Positions 22,402 to 32,439 of a DNA stretch of 64,000 bases are shown here, in pieces. Below the pieces are notes generated by a model, which worked only from the letters and a program-made list of their open reading frames with translations, made no database searches and had not been told where the DNA came from. How positions within the stretch are numbered: the stretch's first letter is position 1; each line of letters starts with the position of its first letter. The position numbers were made by a program, and so were the translations under genes. The stretch is from Acidobacteriota bacterium (GTDB lineage Bacteria > Acidobacteriota > Terriglobia > Bryobacterales > UBA6623). The stretch lies in NCBI GenBank assembly GCA_027592785.1, contig JAQCLD010000002.1:45000-108999 (forward strand), in the 5' to 3' direction.

Positions 22402-23121
22402 TTAGCGGGATGGTGAGATGTCTTGAGCGACGCGAAGGTCTTTGTCATCCAACGCCCGTGCTGCAGCGGCTTGTTCGGCCTCTCTCTTGGACCCGCCGCG
22501 GCCCGTGGTGCGGCATATTTCACCCACGATCAAGCTGACTTCGAAGATTCGGCCATGAGGCGGTCCGTGTTCGGCAATGATTTCGTATTGCGGCGGGGGC
22601 AGCTTGCGAGCTTGAAGAAGCTCCTGGAGGGTAGATTTGGGGTTTAGACGGGCGAGGGCCTGGTCGGCCTCGGAAACACGCGGGGGCGAGGCGATCAAGC
22701 GCTGTACGAGGGCGCGGGCCGCAGCCGCGCCTCCATCGAGATAAACGGCCGCGATGATCGCTTCCAGGGCGTCCGCAAGCAGGGCCTTTTTCTCTCGGCC
22801 ACCGCTATTCACTTCGGCCAAGCCGAGGTTGAGGCTTTCGCCCAGACTCAAGGCGCGGGCCTCTTGGTGTAGGTTGTCGGCGCTGACCAGCTGGGCGCGA
22901 ATCTTGGTGAGGCGGCCCTCGGGGTAGTCCGGGTAGGTCTCCATCAAGATTTCGCTGACAGCGAGCTCTAAGACGGCGTCGCCGAGGAACTCAAGACGCT
23001 CGTTGTGTTCCTCCGTGGAGCGGTCCTTGGCGTGGGAGCGGTGCGTGAGCGCGCGGTCGAGCAGCTGGCCGTCCCGGAACGAATAGCCGATCGCGGTCTC
23101 CAGGCGTGCACGGTTCTGCAT
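22402..23121 (-). CDS. rnc: ribonuclease III
   Basis: NERLEFLGDAVLELAVSE signature and a C-terminal dsRBD (GPPH...F.V......G.G.SK..AEQ.AA). Confidence 0.96.
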   Translation of the reverse strand: MQNRARLETAIGYSFRDGQLLDRALTHRSHAKDRSTEEHNERLEFLGDAVLELAVSEILMETYPDYPEGRLTKIRAQLVSADNLHQEARALSLGESLNLGLAEVNSGGREKKALLADALEAIIAAVYLDGGAAAARALVQRLIASPPRVSEADQALARLNPKSTLQELLQARKLPPPQYEIIAEHGPPHGRIFEVSLIVGEICRTTGRGGSKREAEQAAAARALDDKDLRVAQDISPSR

Positions 23122-23130
23122 AGGGCGACT

Positions 23131-23167
23131 ACAAACAAAGCGCCGCCCGCGATGAGACGGGCGGCGC
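23131..23167 (-). terminator. Rho-independent terminator after the TPR gene, immediately upstream of rnc
   Basis: A perfect 10 bp GC-rich stem (GCGCCGCCCG / CGGGCGGCGC, 23140-23167, 8 nt loop) is followed on the minus strand by TTTGTTTGT (23131-23139). Confidence 0.65.
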
Positions 23168-23191
23168 GTGAAAAAAGCGGACTAGCCGAAC

Positions 23192-23950
23192 CTAGTTCAT
23201 CGCGTCAATCTTCTCCTTAAGGACCTTTGCTGCGTCGGCGCCGCCGCCAAGGGGTACGCCGCCGAGGGTGATCGACTGATTGATCGCAGTGAGCGCCTCA
23301 GCCTTCTTGCCGGCGCTCATGTACGCGTCGGCGAGATGATAGTGGGTCATCGGATTTTGCTGAGGCTGCAGGCCGATCGCTTTGGTCAAGAACACGGCAG
23401 CTTCATCGTAGTTGGCGCGCTTGACCTCGATGACCCCTAGGGACTCGTTAGCCTGGGCCATGAACTCTTTCTTGGTTTCGAGCCAGGCATCGTCGGGTAG
23501 GTTCGGATCGATCTTTTCCAGATTGGGGATCAGCGTAAGGGCGCGGGAGGCGAAGCCTTCGGCCTTGGTCAGTTTTTCTTCCTTGTCCAGATCGAACTCG
23601 CGAGTGCGGGTCGGAATGGCGTAGGCCAACTGTAGGAGAACACCCGGGTTCTCGGGATTGATCTCAAGCGTGCGTTCGCCGTAGACCATCATGTTGTCGA
23701 AGTCGTCGAGCTCCTGGTAGGCGATCATCAACATGTAGTTGGCGAACTCTTTGAACTCGGTGTTCTTGTAGTCGGTCAACAGCTTTTTAGCCGCAGCGGC
23801 CCGCAAAGTGGGGTCTTGGGCAGACTGGACGGCCAAAATGGCGTCGAGCTCTTCTTGGGATTTCGGCTGCGGACCCTGAGCGGGCGCCAAACCGGCGCAG
23901 ACCAGAACTACGGCAGCGAGAGTTAGAAATCGTTTCATCAGTTTCTCCAA
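23192..23950 (-). CDS. secreted tetratricopeptide-repeat protein
   Basis: Signal peptide (MKRFLTLAAVVLVCAGLAPAQ) followed by several TPR-like helical pairs. Confidence 0.7.
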   Translation of the reverse strand: MEKLMKRFLTLAAVVLVCAGLAPAQGPQPKSQEELDAILAVQSAQDPTLRAAAAKKLLTDYKNTEFKEFANYMLMIAYQELDDFDNMMVYGERTLEINPENPGVLLQLAYAIPTRTREFDLDKEEKLTKAEGFASRALTLIPNLEKIDPNLPDDAWLETKKEFMAQANESLGVIEVKRANYDEAAVFLTKAIGLQPQQNPMTHYHLADAYMSAGKKAEALTAINQSITLGGVPLGGGADAAKVLKEKIDAMN

Positions 23951-23984
23951 ACGCGAGGGCGTTCACCCCCAGGGCGCACGATGA

Positions 23985-25580
23985 CTATTTTAGCGGAACC
24001 GGCGCGGACCTTGGTATGGATTCATCCTCAGGGGCTAATTCCAGATCGTCGTTGGGCTCTTCATCTTCAGCTTCTTGGGACAGCTGTCTCGGGCTCTGGA
24101 ACTGCTGATTCAGTCCCTCGGCTATCAACTGCTGGGTCCGCGGCGCCGGGTCACCGACCTGCTGTGCCTCATTGTAGTGCTCGATGGCCGCGTCCCGCTC
24201 ACCCATGATATCGGAGATGCGCGCGACGTAGATGTGAGACATCGCACGGATGTGGGGCTCGTCGAGGGCCAGATTCGCGGCTACCAGAAAATGCTCGATC
24301 GCCAATTCTGGTTCACCCTCTTGGGCGGCGACGCGGCCCAGGCCATACTCGGCTTGCGCATTGCGACCGTCGGCTAGGTCGATAGCTGCAACGAACGCTT
24401 GCTGGGCCTCTTCGAACATTTCCTCACGGAACAGAAACTCCGCTTGCTGCAACTTCTTGTCGAGCAGCGAAAGCTGCACGCGGCGAGGCTCCACGGACCG
24501 CGCGGGCGAGACCTGGGACGGTTCGGCGAACTTCACGTTTTGCAGCCGCGCGGCCTCTTTCTTGAGGTCGATTTCTTCGATCATCTCCGGGTAGAAGTTG
24601 TTGATGATCTGCGTGTCTTGTTCGTACCTGCCTAGAGCCTCATAGAAATAGGGGGTCAGAATGAAGCCCTCGCGGAGGGCCGACTCGACGATGGGTTTCG
24701 CTGCCTCGCTCGCGCCGTGGTCGAGGCGCGCTTCCACGGCCTTGACCAGACTCTTGGTGACGAGCAGCTCGAAGTCCTCTTTATAGGTGTCCTCTAGCGC
24801 GGGGGCGAACAGCGCGAACCGCGACAGCAGCTGTTTGCTCGCGACGACTGCACGGTTGCGGATGGACAAGCGATCGAGCAAATGCATCAAGAACGAGTGG
24901 CGAATCTCATTGAGTTGAATTCTGTCGGAGGGATGGGCGACGACCTGCACATTGCCGCCATAGAGACGGGTGTTTAGGGCGTTAGGCGCTCCCATGAGAT
25001 CGATCCAAACCTTGAAGCCTTGGAACTCGCGCGACTGAGGACCGATACGGAGGTAGCCCGCGGAGCGGATGAGCATCGGCGTCAGCGCCGATTGATAACG
25101 GGACAGCTCTTCCTCGTAAGCCGGTTGATATTCGAGCCACAGCGATTCAATGTCGGCTTCAGCGTAGAACTGCTGCAGAATGGGGCCGAGGTTTCTCACT
25201 GGGCGGACATCGGGTGGGAGGTCTGTGGGTAGATCCGCGTGGAGTTCGAAGGTCGGCGATCCTAGGCACAGCAGGGCGTAGGTGACGAACTGCGATAGGT
25301 TCTCAGCCGGGTCCCGCAGGCGGAACTGTTGGTAGGCGGTTTGGAGCAGCTGCTTGCTGGGTCCATCAAAGGACTCCAGACGGCGGCGGACAGCTTGCCG
25401 GACTAGAGAATCGCCTTTTGTATCGACGCCGTCGTTGTAGCCGGCGACATTAATTGCAGCCATGACCGTGAACATGCGAATGTCGGCATCGAGCTGATTC
25501 TCCTCCACGACTACTTGGGCCCTGACGGGCAGAGCAAGAGCCGACACAAGAAGGAACCAGACCGACAGTAGGCGGCGCAT
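23985..25580 (-). CDS. secreted hypothetical protein with C-terminal TPR repeats and acidic tail
   Basis: Signal peptide MRRLLSVWFLLVSALALPVRAQ. A domain of ~370 aa with no family I recognise is followed by TPR-like repeats (AQAEYGLGRVAAQEGEPELAIEHF..A) and an acidic tail. Confidence 0.6.
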   Translation of the reverse strand: MRRLLSVWFLLVSALALPVRAQVVVEENQLDADIRMFTVMAAINVAGYNDGVDTKGDSLVRQAVRRRLESFDGPSKQLLQTAYQQFRLRDPAENLSQFVTYALLCLGSPTFELHADLPTDLPPDVRPVRNLGPILQQFYAEADIESLWLEYQPAYEEELSRYQSALTPMLIRSAGYLRIGPQSREFQGFKVWIDLMGAPNALNTRLYGGNVQVVAHPSDRIQLNEIRHSFLMHLLDRLSIRNRAVVASKQLLSRFALFAPALEDTYKEDFELLVTKSLVKAVEARLDHGASEAAKPIVESALREGFILTPYFYEALGRYEQDTQIINNFYPEMIEEIDLKKEAARLQNVKFAEPSQVSPARSVEPRRVQLSLLDKKLQQAEFLFREEMFEEAQQAFVAAIDLADGRNAQAEYGLGRVAAQEGEPELAIEHFLVAANLALDEPHIRAMSHIYVARISDIMGERDAAIEHYNEAQQVGDPAPRTQQLIAEGLNQQFQSPRQLSQEAEDEEPNDDLELAPEDESIPRSAPVPLK

Positions 25581-25672
25581 CTGAGGTTAGTTTACAGAAC
25601 GCCGGGCGCATGCGGCGGCTGCACGCAGCAGTGCGGGATTTGCGTCGCCGACAGTCCTACCTATACTGAGGT

Positions 25673-27535
25673 TTGCATCCGACTCCGAAATCCTCCACCA
25701 AGCCAGTCAGCGTGGCTCGGCTTCGCGATCTTTGGCCAGACATCCGTGAGCTAATTGACGCGCGCCGGGGAATTTTAGGCACAGGATTGGTTCTGATCCT
25801 GATTGGCCGCGCGGCAGGGTTGGTGCTGCCGTGGTCGACCAAGATCATGATCGACGACGTGCTTGGCGAGAGCCGGGCGGACCTGCTGGCTCCGCTGGCG
25901 CTTGCGGTCCTGGCGGCAACGCTTATTCAGGCGGCGACGGATTTTTCTCTGACCCAGTTGCTCTCTAAATCGGGGCAGTCGCTGATTGCCGACATGCGAC
26001 GCAAGGTGCAGCGGCACGTTGGACGGCTGCCGGTCACGTATTACGACACGCATCAGACCGGAACGCTGGTGAACCGCATCATGAGCGATGTCGAGGGCAT
26101 CCGCAACTTGGTCGGTACCGGGCTGGTTCAATTGATCGGCGGGTTGCTGACGGCGGGAATCGCGCTGGCGGCCCTGATTTATTTGAGCCCGACGCTCACG
26201 GGATTGTCGTTGGTGCTGGTTGGGTTGTTTCTCATCGTCTTGCTGAGGGCCTTTAAAAAGTTGAGGCCGGCGTTCAAGGAGAGGCGCAAGATCAGCGGAG
26301 AGGTTACAGGCCGGTTGACGGAATCGCTCGGTGGCGTACGGGTAGTGAAGGGCTATCACGCTGAAGGGCGCGAAGCGGAAGTATTTGCCGCGGGAGTGGA
26401 GCGGATCCTACAGAACATCTACTTGACGATTACGGGAACGGCGCTGGTGTCTGTGTCGGCGCAGCTGTTGCTTGGCGGGATGAGCGCCCTGATCATTTGG
26501 ATGGGCGGCCGGGAGATCATGTCCGACGCGATGACATTGGGCGATTTCACGGCTTTTGTCGCGTTTTCGGCCATGTTCGTAGCGCCGCTGTTTCAGGTCG
26601 TCAACATCTCGACCCAGCTACTCGAAGCGGTATCGGGCCTGGAACGTACACGGGAAGTTCTCCAAGAAGAGACGGAAGATGCCGATCCGGCGCGGAGCGA
26701 GGAGATTGGAACGATCGTCGGGACGATCGCCTTCGAGGACGTGCGGTTCTCCTACGAAGAAGACAAAGAAGTCCTGCATGGCGTGAGTTTCGAGGCCCGC
26801 CCGGGTACGGTGACGGCATTGGTGGGTTCTTCGGGGTCCGGCAAGTCGACGATCATCGGTTTGGTCGCTGGGTTCCACGCGCCACAAATGGGACGGGTGC
26901 TGGTGGATGGCGGGGACTTATCGAAGATCAAGTTGTCGTCATTTCGACCGCAACTCGGCGTCGTCTTGCAGGAGACATTCTTGTTTGACGGGACGATTCG
27001 GCAGAACGTCGCGTTTGCGCGCCCTGACTCTGGCGAGGACAAGGTTCTGGAAGCTTGCCGCATCGCCCGAGTCGACGAGTTCGCCGAGAAGTTCCCCGAA
27101 GGCTACGAGACGATTGTGGGCGAACGGGGAGTCAAGTTATCGGGCGGCCAGCGGCAGCGAGTGGCGATCGCCCGGGCGGTGTTGGCTGACCCCAGGGTCT
27201 TGATTTTGGACGAGGCGACGTCGAGTTTAGACTCTGAGTCCGAGGCGCTGATTCAAGAAGGGTTGTCCTATCTGATGAAGGGCCGGACAACGTTCGTGAT
27301 CGCCCATCGCCTCTCCACAATTCGCAGAGCCGATCAGATTCTAGTGGTCGAGGAAGGGCTAATCGTCGAGCGTGGCACTCATCAGGAACTCTACGCCGCC
27401 GAGGGCCGGTATCGCGAGCTCTACGACCGGCAGCACGGCTTGGAGGCCAATTTGTTTTTGGCCCCTGGAGAGGGCGACAAAATCGAGAACTCGTTCGCCG
27501 AGTCGGACGAAGGAGCGGCGCTGGGTAAGGGCTAA
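25673..27535 (+). CDS. ABC exporter, fused permease/ATPase (MsbA/type I exporter-like)
   Basis: Six-TM ABC membrane domain. Walker A GSSGSGKST, signature LSGGQRQR and Walker B LILDEATS are present. The exact start (TTG 25673 or a downstream GTG) is uncertain. Confidence 0.9.
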   Translation: MHPTPKSSTKPVSVARLRDLWPDIRELIDARRGILGTGLVLILIGRAAGLVLPWSTKIMIDDVLGESRADLLAPLALAVLAATLIQAATDFSLTQLLSKSGQSLIADMRRKVQRHVGRLPVTYYDTHQTGTLVNRIMSDVEGIRNLVGTGLVQLIGGLLTAGIALAALIYLSPTLTGLSLVLVGLFLIVLLRAFKKLRPAFKERRKISGEVTGRLTESLGGVRVVKGYHAEGREAEVFAAGVERILQNIYLTITGTALVSVSAQLLLGGMSALIIWMGGREIMSDAMTLGDFTAFVAFSAMFVAPLFQVVNISTQLLEAVSGLERTREVLQEETEDADPARSEEIGTIVGTIAFEDVRFSYEEDKEVLHGVSFEARPGTVTALVGSSGSGKSTIIGLVAGFHAPQMGRVLVDGGDLSKIKLSSFRPQLGVVLQETFLFDGTIRQNVAFARPDSGEDKVLEACRIARVDEFAEKFPEGYETIVGERGVKLSGGQRQRVAIARAVLADPRVLILDEATSSLDSESEALIQEGLSYLMKGRTTFVIAHRLSTIRRADQILVVEEGLIVERGTHQELYAAEGRYRELYDRQHGLEANLFLAPGEGDKIENSFAESDEGAALGKG

Positions 27536-27581
27536 AAACGAACGCGGCCTCTCGTTGACGGAAGGAGTCGAACTCCGGCGT

Positions 27582-28526
27582 CTAAGGCGCGTCGGGCAGA
27601 ATCTTGACGCCGGTTACGCCGGGCAGATCGATGCGCATGACGACGCCGGTGCTTTGTTGGATCGGGCCGGTGCTGCCCACAGCGTAGAGCTGATTCATCT
27701 GAGGGCCTACGAACGCGACGTTCGACGTGAATTTAGCACCAGTGTCGATGCTCCTAACCAGGGTGCCGGACGGGTCGAAAACTCGTACGACGCCTGCTCC
27801 ATAGTTAGCGACGTACAGGTTGCCGTCGGTATCGAAGGTCATGCCGTCAGGGAGCGGGCCGGCAAGGTGATTGGCTGGGTCGAAGGCCTCGGCGCCGGGC
27901 ATGACGGCGAAGAGCTTGCGCTCGCCTAGTTTGCCGGGGGATTCGACGGGAAATTCGAGAATGCGGTTGGCGAAGCTCTCGCCGACGATTAGGGACTGGC
28001 CGGCCGGCCGCAGGACGATGCCGTTGGGGTAGTGGATGCCCGTCGCAGCCATGGCGAGTTCCCCGGCAGCGTCCACGTAATAGACCTTGCCGACGCTGGG
28101 ATCCTCTTGTGATCCGTAGGGCGACGAAAAGTAAAACCCGCCTGAGCCGTCGAGCGTCACGTCGTTGGCGCCGGTCGGGACGTCGATCTTACGGAGTACT
28201 TGGCCTGAGGCGTCGAGGATGTAAACGGCGCCCTCACGATCGCAAATGATGTGTCTGCCGTCAGCCATTACCTTGTGGCCGTTGGGAGACGGTGTGCTGG
28301 CCCACACAGAGATGTCGCCGCTCGGCGAGATTCGGCTGATCTGGTCTTCGTGGGAGACGTAAAGGTTCCCGTCGTGATCGACGACGATGCCTTCGTCGAA
28401 CTTGCCCACCTCGGCAACCAAAACGGGTTCCGACTGCTGGTTAGCCGCCTGGGGCTCGGCGGAGGGTTCCGGTGAAGAACAGCCAAACGCTAGCGCCGCG
28501 ACGAGGACAAGAAAGTTCTTTCCCAT
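27582..28526 (-). CDS. SMP-30/gluconolactonase/LRE-like beta-propeller lipoprotein
   Basis: Lipobox LAFGCS. Repeated six-blade propeller pattern with DG..Y(V/F)S motifs and PNG(I/H). Confidence 0.75.
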   Translation of the reverse strand: MGKNFLVLVAALAFGCSSPEPSAEPQAANQQSEPVLVAEVGKFDEGIVVDHDGNLYVSHEDQISRISPSGDISVWASTPSPNGHKVMADGRHIICDREGAVYILDASGQVLRKIDVPTGANDVTLDGSGGFYFSSPYGSQEDPSVGKVYYVDAAGELAMAATGIHYPNGIVLRPAGQSLIVGESFANRILEFPVESPGKLGERKLFAVMPGAEAFDPANHLAGPLPDGMTFDTDGNLYVANYGAGVVRVFDPSGTLVRSIDTGAKFTSNVAFVGPQMNQLYAVGSTGPIQQSTGVVMRIDLPGVTGVKILPDAP

Positions 28527-28560
28527 GCGGGCGCTAGCCTATCACACTGCGGCGCGAGTC

Positions 28561-29853
28561 TTAGAGAACGCTCTCGGACCAATTCTCGATGACCGAACGC
28601 ATCTTCTCAAGGAACATCGCCGCCAGGGCGCCATCGACCAGGCGATGGTCAATGGTCAGCGTGGCGTAACAAATCGTGCGAATGGCGATGGCGTCGTCTA
28701 CCACGATCGGCGCCTTGTGTAGGGCGCCGAGGCCCAGCAAGCAAGAGTTCGGCTGGTTAATCGCCGGGGTTCCGAAGATCGAGCCGTAGCCGCCGTAGTT
28801 AGAGATCGAGAAGGTCGATTGCGCGAGTTCGTCGGGCTTGAGCTGCTTCTTGCGGGCTCGGTCGGCGAGATCGTTGACAGCTTTTTGCAGTCCGATGACA
28901 GACAGGCCGTCAGCCTGTTTGATGACTGGCACCATCAAGCCCCAGTCCAAGGCGACGGCCATGCCGATGTTGATGTCGCGGTGCATGACGACATCGGAGC
29001 CGTCGAGCGAGGCGTTGACGGTGGGGTACTCTTTGAGCGCGATTGCCGCGGCCTTGAGGAAGAATGGCATGAAGGTGAGCTTCGTACCGTTCTGCTGCAG
29101 GAACTTGTCCTTCGCCGCCGCACGCGCCTTGACGATGGGCGTGCAGTCGATCTGGTGGATCATCGAGACGTGCGGCGCCGTATGGTGCATCGAACGCACC
29201 ATGTGTTCGGCGATGGCCTTGCGCATCGTCGAAAGCGGCTCGACGTAGTAGTCGCCGAAGCGCGAGTCGGGCGCCGCGGGGAAGGGATCGTAACCACCGG
29301 CGGGAGTAACGGGACGACCGGCAGGTGCGCTGGGAGCTGCCGCGGCGGGCTTTGCAGCACCGCCGCCGGCGGTGAACGCTTCGATGTCCTTCTTCGAAAT
29401 GCGTCCGCCCTGGCCGGTTCCTGTGACTTGGCCGAGGTCGATGCCCATTTCGCGGGCCATGCGCTTGACGAGGGGCGATGAGCGAACCGAGCCGGCCGCT
29501 GCCGAGGTAGGAGCGGCCGTGGCCGGGGCCGCCACTACCGCTGGAGCAGCAGGGGCAGGTGCTGCCGGCGCCGCAGCTGGTTGCGCCTGAGCGGCGGCAG
29601 CCGGAGTGCTTGAGCCATCCGCCGCTTCCATCCTGGCGACGATCGCCCTGATCGCCACGACCGTACCCTCCTCCGCCAGGATCTCTTTGAGAATCCCGGC
29701 GTGTTCGGCGGGCACCTCGGAGTCGACCTTGTCGGTAGAGATCTCAAACAAGGCTTCGTCTTTCTCGACTTTATCGCCGACTTGTTTGAGCCACTTGGTG
29801 ATCGTGCCCTCTACGATGCTTTCGCCCATCTGGGGCATTACGACGTCGATCAT
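28561..29853 (-). CDS. 2-oxoacid dehydrogenase E2 component (dihydrolipoamide acyltransferase)
   Basis: Domain order: lipoyl domain (EISTDKVDSEVPA), Ala/Pro linker, peripheral subunit-binding domain (SPLVKRMAREMGIDL), and catalytic domain with DHRLVDG. Confidence 0.92.
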   Translation of the reverse strand: MIDVVMPQMGESIVEGTITKWLKQVGDKVEKDEALFEISTDKVDSEVPAEHAGILKEILAEEGTVVAIRAIVARMEAADGSSTPAAAAQAQPAAAPAAPAPAAPAVVAAPATAAPTSAAAGSVRSSPLVKRMAREMGIDLGQVTGTGQGGRISKKDIEAFTAGGGAAKPAAAAPSAPAGRPVTPAGGYDPFPAAPDSRFGDYYVEPLSTMRKAIAEHMVRSMHHTAPHVSMIHQIDCTPIVKARAAAKDKFLQQNGTKLTFMPFFLKAAAIALKEYPTVNASLDGSDVVMHRDINIGMAVALDWGLMVPVIKQADGLSVIGLQKAVNDLADRARKKQLKPDELAQSTFSISNYGGYGSIFGTPAINQPNSCLLGLGALHKAPIVVDDAIAIRTICYATLTIDHRLVDGALAAMFLEKMRSVIENWSESVL

Positions 29854-29855
29854 GA

Positions 29856-30590
29856 CTAACTCCCTTTCTCAATCCTGTCTGAACCGCTATGAATCATCGC
29901 GCGGCGGAAAACAGTCCCGAAGCGCTCCAGAATTCTCGTTCGTAGCTGGTTGACGTCCGGGACCTCACCGAGCAGTTGCTCGATGGACGTCACGGGCCGC
30001 GCCAGGCCGCAAGGCACGATGTAGCGGAAATAATCTAAATCCGTATGCACGTTGAGTGCGAAGCCGTGGGAGGTGACCCAACGGCTAAGATGAACGCCCA
30101 TCGCAGCGACTTTGGCATCGCCGACCCACACTCCGGTGGCGCTGGGGTCGCGGCGGCCTTCCAGCCCATAGTCGGCAAGCGTGAGAATCAAAACTTCTTC
30201 TAGAGCTCTGAGATAGGCTCCGACATCTCGCTTCCAACGCTTTAGATCCATCACGGGATAGCAAACCAGTTGTCCGGGTCCGTGATAGGTCACGTCGCCG
30301 CCGCGATCCGTCTCCTGATATGCGATGCCGAGATGGCTCAGCCGGTCGCGCGAAACAAGTAGATTCTCGTCCTTGCCGTTGCGACCGAAGGTGATGACGT
30401 GCGGGTGCTCGACGAAAAACAGGCAGTCCTGGCCGCCTTCCCGCTTCTTGAGGATCTCGACGTGCTGCAGCTGAAGATCCCATGCGGCGCGATAATCGAC
30501 ACGGCCGAGATCCTGCCACAGACACGTCCGCCCGACCGGGCCGGATAGCTGCGGTTGTGTTTCTGTTTCGACTGCGGCTATGGCCGTCAT
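29856..30590 (-). CDS. lipB: lipoyl(octanoyl) transferase
   Basis: EHPHVITFGRNG, RGGDVTYHGPGQLVCYP and KVAAMGV. Confidence 0.93.
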   Translation of the reverse strand: MTAIAAVETETQPQLSGPVGRTCLWQDLGRVDYRAAWDLQLQHVEILKKREGGQDCLFFVEHPHVITFGRNGKDENLLVSRDRLSHLGIAYQETDRGGDVTYHGPGQLVCYPVMDLKRWKRDVGAYLRALEEVLILTLADYGLEGRRDPSATGVWVGDAKVAAMGVHLSRWVTSHGFALNVHTDLDYFRYIVPCGLARPVTSIEQLLGEVPDVNQLRTRILERFGTVFRRAMIHSGSDRIEKGS

Positions 30591-30593
30591 CGA

Positions 30594-31988
30594 CTACCCG
30601 TTGATCTGCATGCCGGACACTGCGTTGAATGCGTCTTGCAACGCCTCGGGCAAAGTCGGGTGCGCGTGGATCGTATTCACCATCATTTCGACGGTGGCCT
30701 CGGCCTTCATCGCGACCACTGCCTCGGCGATGATCTCAGTTACGAGCGGCCCGATCATGTGCACGCCGAGGATCTCGCCGTAAGTCTCATCAGTGACCAC
30801 CTTGATGAAGCCGCCGTGAGCTCCGAGGATGGAGGCCTTGCTGTTGCCTGCGAAGGGGAACTTGCCGACCTTGACTTTGTAGCCCTTCTCTTTCGCTTGC
30901 TTCTCGGTGAGGCCGACGCTGGCGACCTGCGGCTCGCAGTAGGTCGCGTTCGGGTTGAGCGTGTAATTAATGGGCTCGACTGGTTTGCCGGCGAGGTGCC
31001 CGGCGGCCAGGATGCCTTCCATCATGGCCGTGTGGGCCAACTGCGGCGTTCCGGCGACGATATCACCGATGGCGTAGACGCCCGGCTCGGAAGTGCGCAT
31101 GAACTCGTCCACCTTGATGAAGCCGCGGTCGGCGACGATCTTGGTGTTCTCCAGGCCGATGTTCTCGGTGTTGGGCGCGCGTCCGACGGCGACGAGCAAC
31201 TTCTCGACGGTCATCTTCTGCAACTTGCCGTCCTTCCCGCGGTATTCCAGGGCGACCGACTTGGGATTTTTCTTGATCGACTCAACTTTCGTGTCGACAT
31301 GGATGTCGATGCCGCGCTTCTCGAAAGCCTTCTTGATCTCTTTGGAAACATCCTCGTCTTCAGGCGGCAGCACCCGAGGGAGCATCTCGAAGACCGTGCA
31401 TTTCGTGCCGAAGCTGTGAAACACGGAGGCAAACTCCATGCCGACCGCGCCGCCGCCAATGACCGCCAGCGACTTCGGAATAGTTCCCATTTCGAGGATC
31501 TCGACGTTGGTAAGAATCCGCTCCGGGTCCGGTTCCAGATTGGGCAGCATGCGAGCTCGCGAGCCTGTGGCGAGAATGATCGTTTTGGCCTGAACCACGC
31601 TTTTGCCATTCGGGCCGGCGATCTCGACCTTGCCGCTGCCAAGCAGACGCCCGTATCCGGTGATCGACTTGACCTTGTTCTTCTTGAACAGCATGCCGAT
31701 GCCGCCGGAATGCTTATCGACGATTTTTTGTTTCTCGCCGCGCATCTTGGCCATGTTGACGGTCAGCGCGCCGTGGTCAATGCCGAAATCGGCGCTGTGT
31801 TTGAAGTTTTCGTAGAGATCGGCGTAGTGAAGGTAGGCCTTGGTGGGCACGCACCCAACCAGGAGGCAGGTGCCTCCGAGCTTGGGGTCCTTCTCGACGC
31901 AGGCGACCTTGAGGCCGTGCTGTGCGGCGCGAATTGCGGCGACGTAACCGCCGGGGCCGCTCCCGAGGATCAGAACATCATAGTCCAT
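30594..31988 (-). CDS. lpdA: dihydrolipoyl dehydrogenase (E3)
   Basis: The start is placed at ATG 31988 (MDYDVLILGSGPGGYVAA), not at the track start 32162. Redox disulfide GGTCLLVGCVPTK and C-terminal HAHPTLPE are present. Confidence 0.93.
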   Translation of the reverse strand: MDYDVLILGSGPGGYVAAIRAAQHGLKVACVEKDPKLGGTCLLVGCVPTKAYLHYADLYENFKHSADFGIDHGALTVNMAKMRGEKQKIVDKHSGGIGMLFKKNKVKSITGYGRLLGSGKVEIAGPNGKSVVQAKTIILATGSRARMLPNLEPDPERILTNVEILEMGTIPKSLAVIGGGAVGMEFASVFHSFGTKCTVFEMLPRVLPPEDEDVSKEIKKAFEKRGIDIHVDTKVESIKKNPKSVALEYRGKDGKLQKMTVEKLLVAVGRAPNTENIGLENTKIVADRGFIKVDEFMRTSEPGVYAIGDIVAGTPQLAHTAMMEGILAAGHLAGKPVEPINYTLNPNATYCEPQVASVGLTEKQAKEKGYKVKVGKFPFAGNSKASILGAHGGFIKVVTDETYGEILGVHMIGPLVTEIIAEAVVAMKAEATVEMMVNTIHAHPTLPEALQDAFNAVSGMQING

Positions 31989-32043
31989 AAGGCGAAGGTT
32001 CCAGTGTATCAACGCGGGGCAGGGCACGGGCCCGCAAACGCTT

Positions 32044-32439
32044 CTACTGCTTGGGCGCGGAGCCCGAATATCCGCGTAATCTCTCGATGGGGCTCGGCTG
32101 TTGCTTGCTCGGTCCGTCGCCCTTGGACGGCGGCGGCGGCGGTTTTTCCGACTGACCGGCATGGGCTTCCACTTGTTTGCCTTGCTTGCGACGGCTCTTG
32201 GTCAGTCGTTTGGTCTCACGACGGCGTTCGCTATCCCGGCGTTTGGTTTGGCGGGCGACTTCCTTTTGGCGTTGTTTGGCGCCTTGCTGTGCGCGTTTCG
32301 CTTGCCTTCGTGCATCTTTTTGACGCTCTTGGCCAATTTGGCGAGCTTCGCGCGGCGATACATCGCGCTGCGCAGGGGCCGCGAGCAATGGCAGACAAGC
32401 CAAAACCAATCCAATTGGTAATAGACGGATCAACTTCAT
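32044..32439 (-). CDS. secreted, extremely Lys/Arg/Gln-rich low-complexity protein
   Basis: ATG 32439 gives MKLIRLLPIGLVLACLPLLAAPAQ (a signal peptide). About 100 aa of basic repeats follow (RQAKRAQQGAKQRQKEVARQTKRR), then a PPPPPS tract. No family recognised. Confidence 0.5.
   Translation of the reverse strand: MKLIRLLPIGLVLACLPLLAAPAQRDVSPREARQIGQERQKDARRQAKRAQQGAKQRQKEVARQTKRRDSERRRETKRLTKSRRKQGKQVEAHAGQSEKPPPPPSKGDGPSKQQPSPIERLRGYSGSAPKQ

Noticed and set aside
31989-32162. N-terminal extension of the lpdA ORF (MPVSRKNRRRRRPRATD...). Comparable extensions occur at 8968-9150 (RraA-like), 20365-20535, 47985-48029 and 61737-61817.
   Set aside because: The conserved N-termini (for example MDYDVLILGSGPGG) or the signal peptides begin at internal ATGs. 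The extensions are Arg/Pro-rich and would overlap neighbouring genes.
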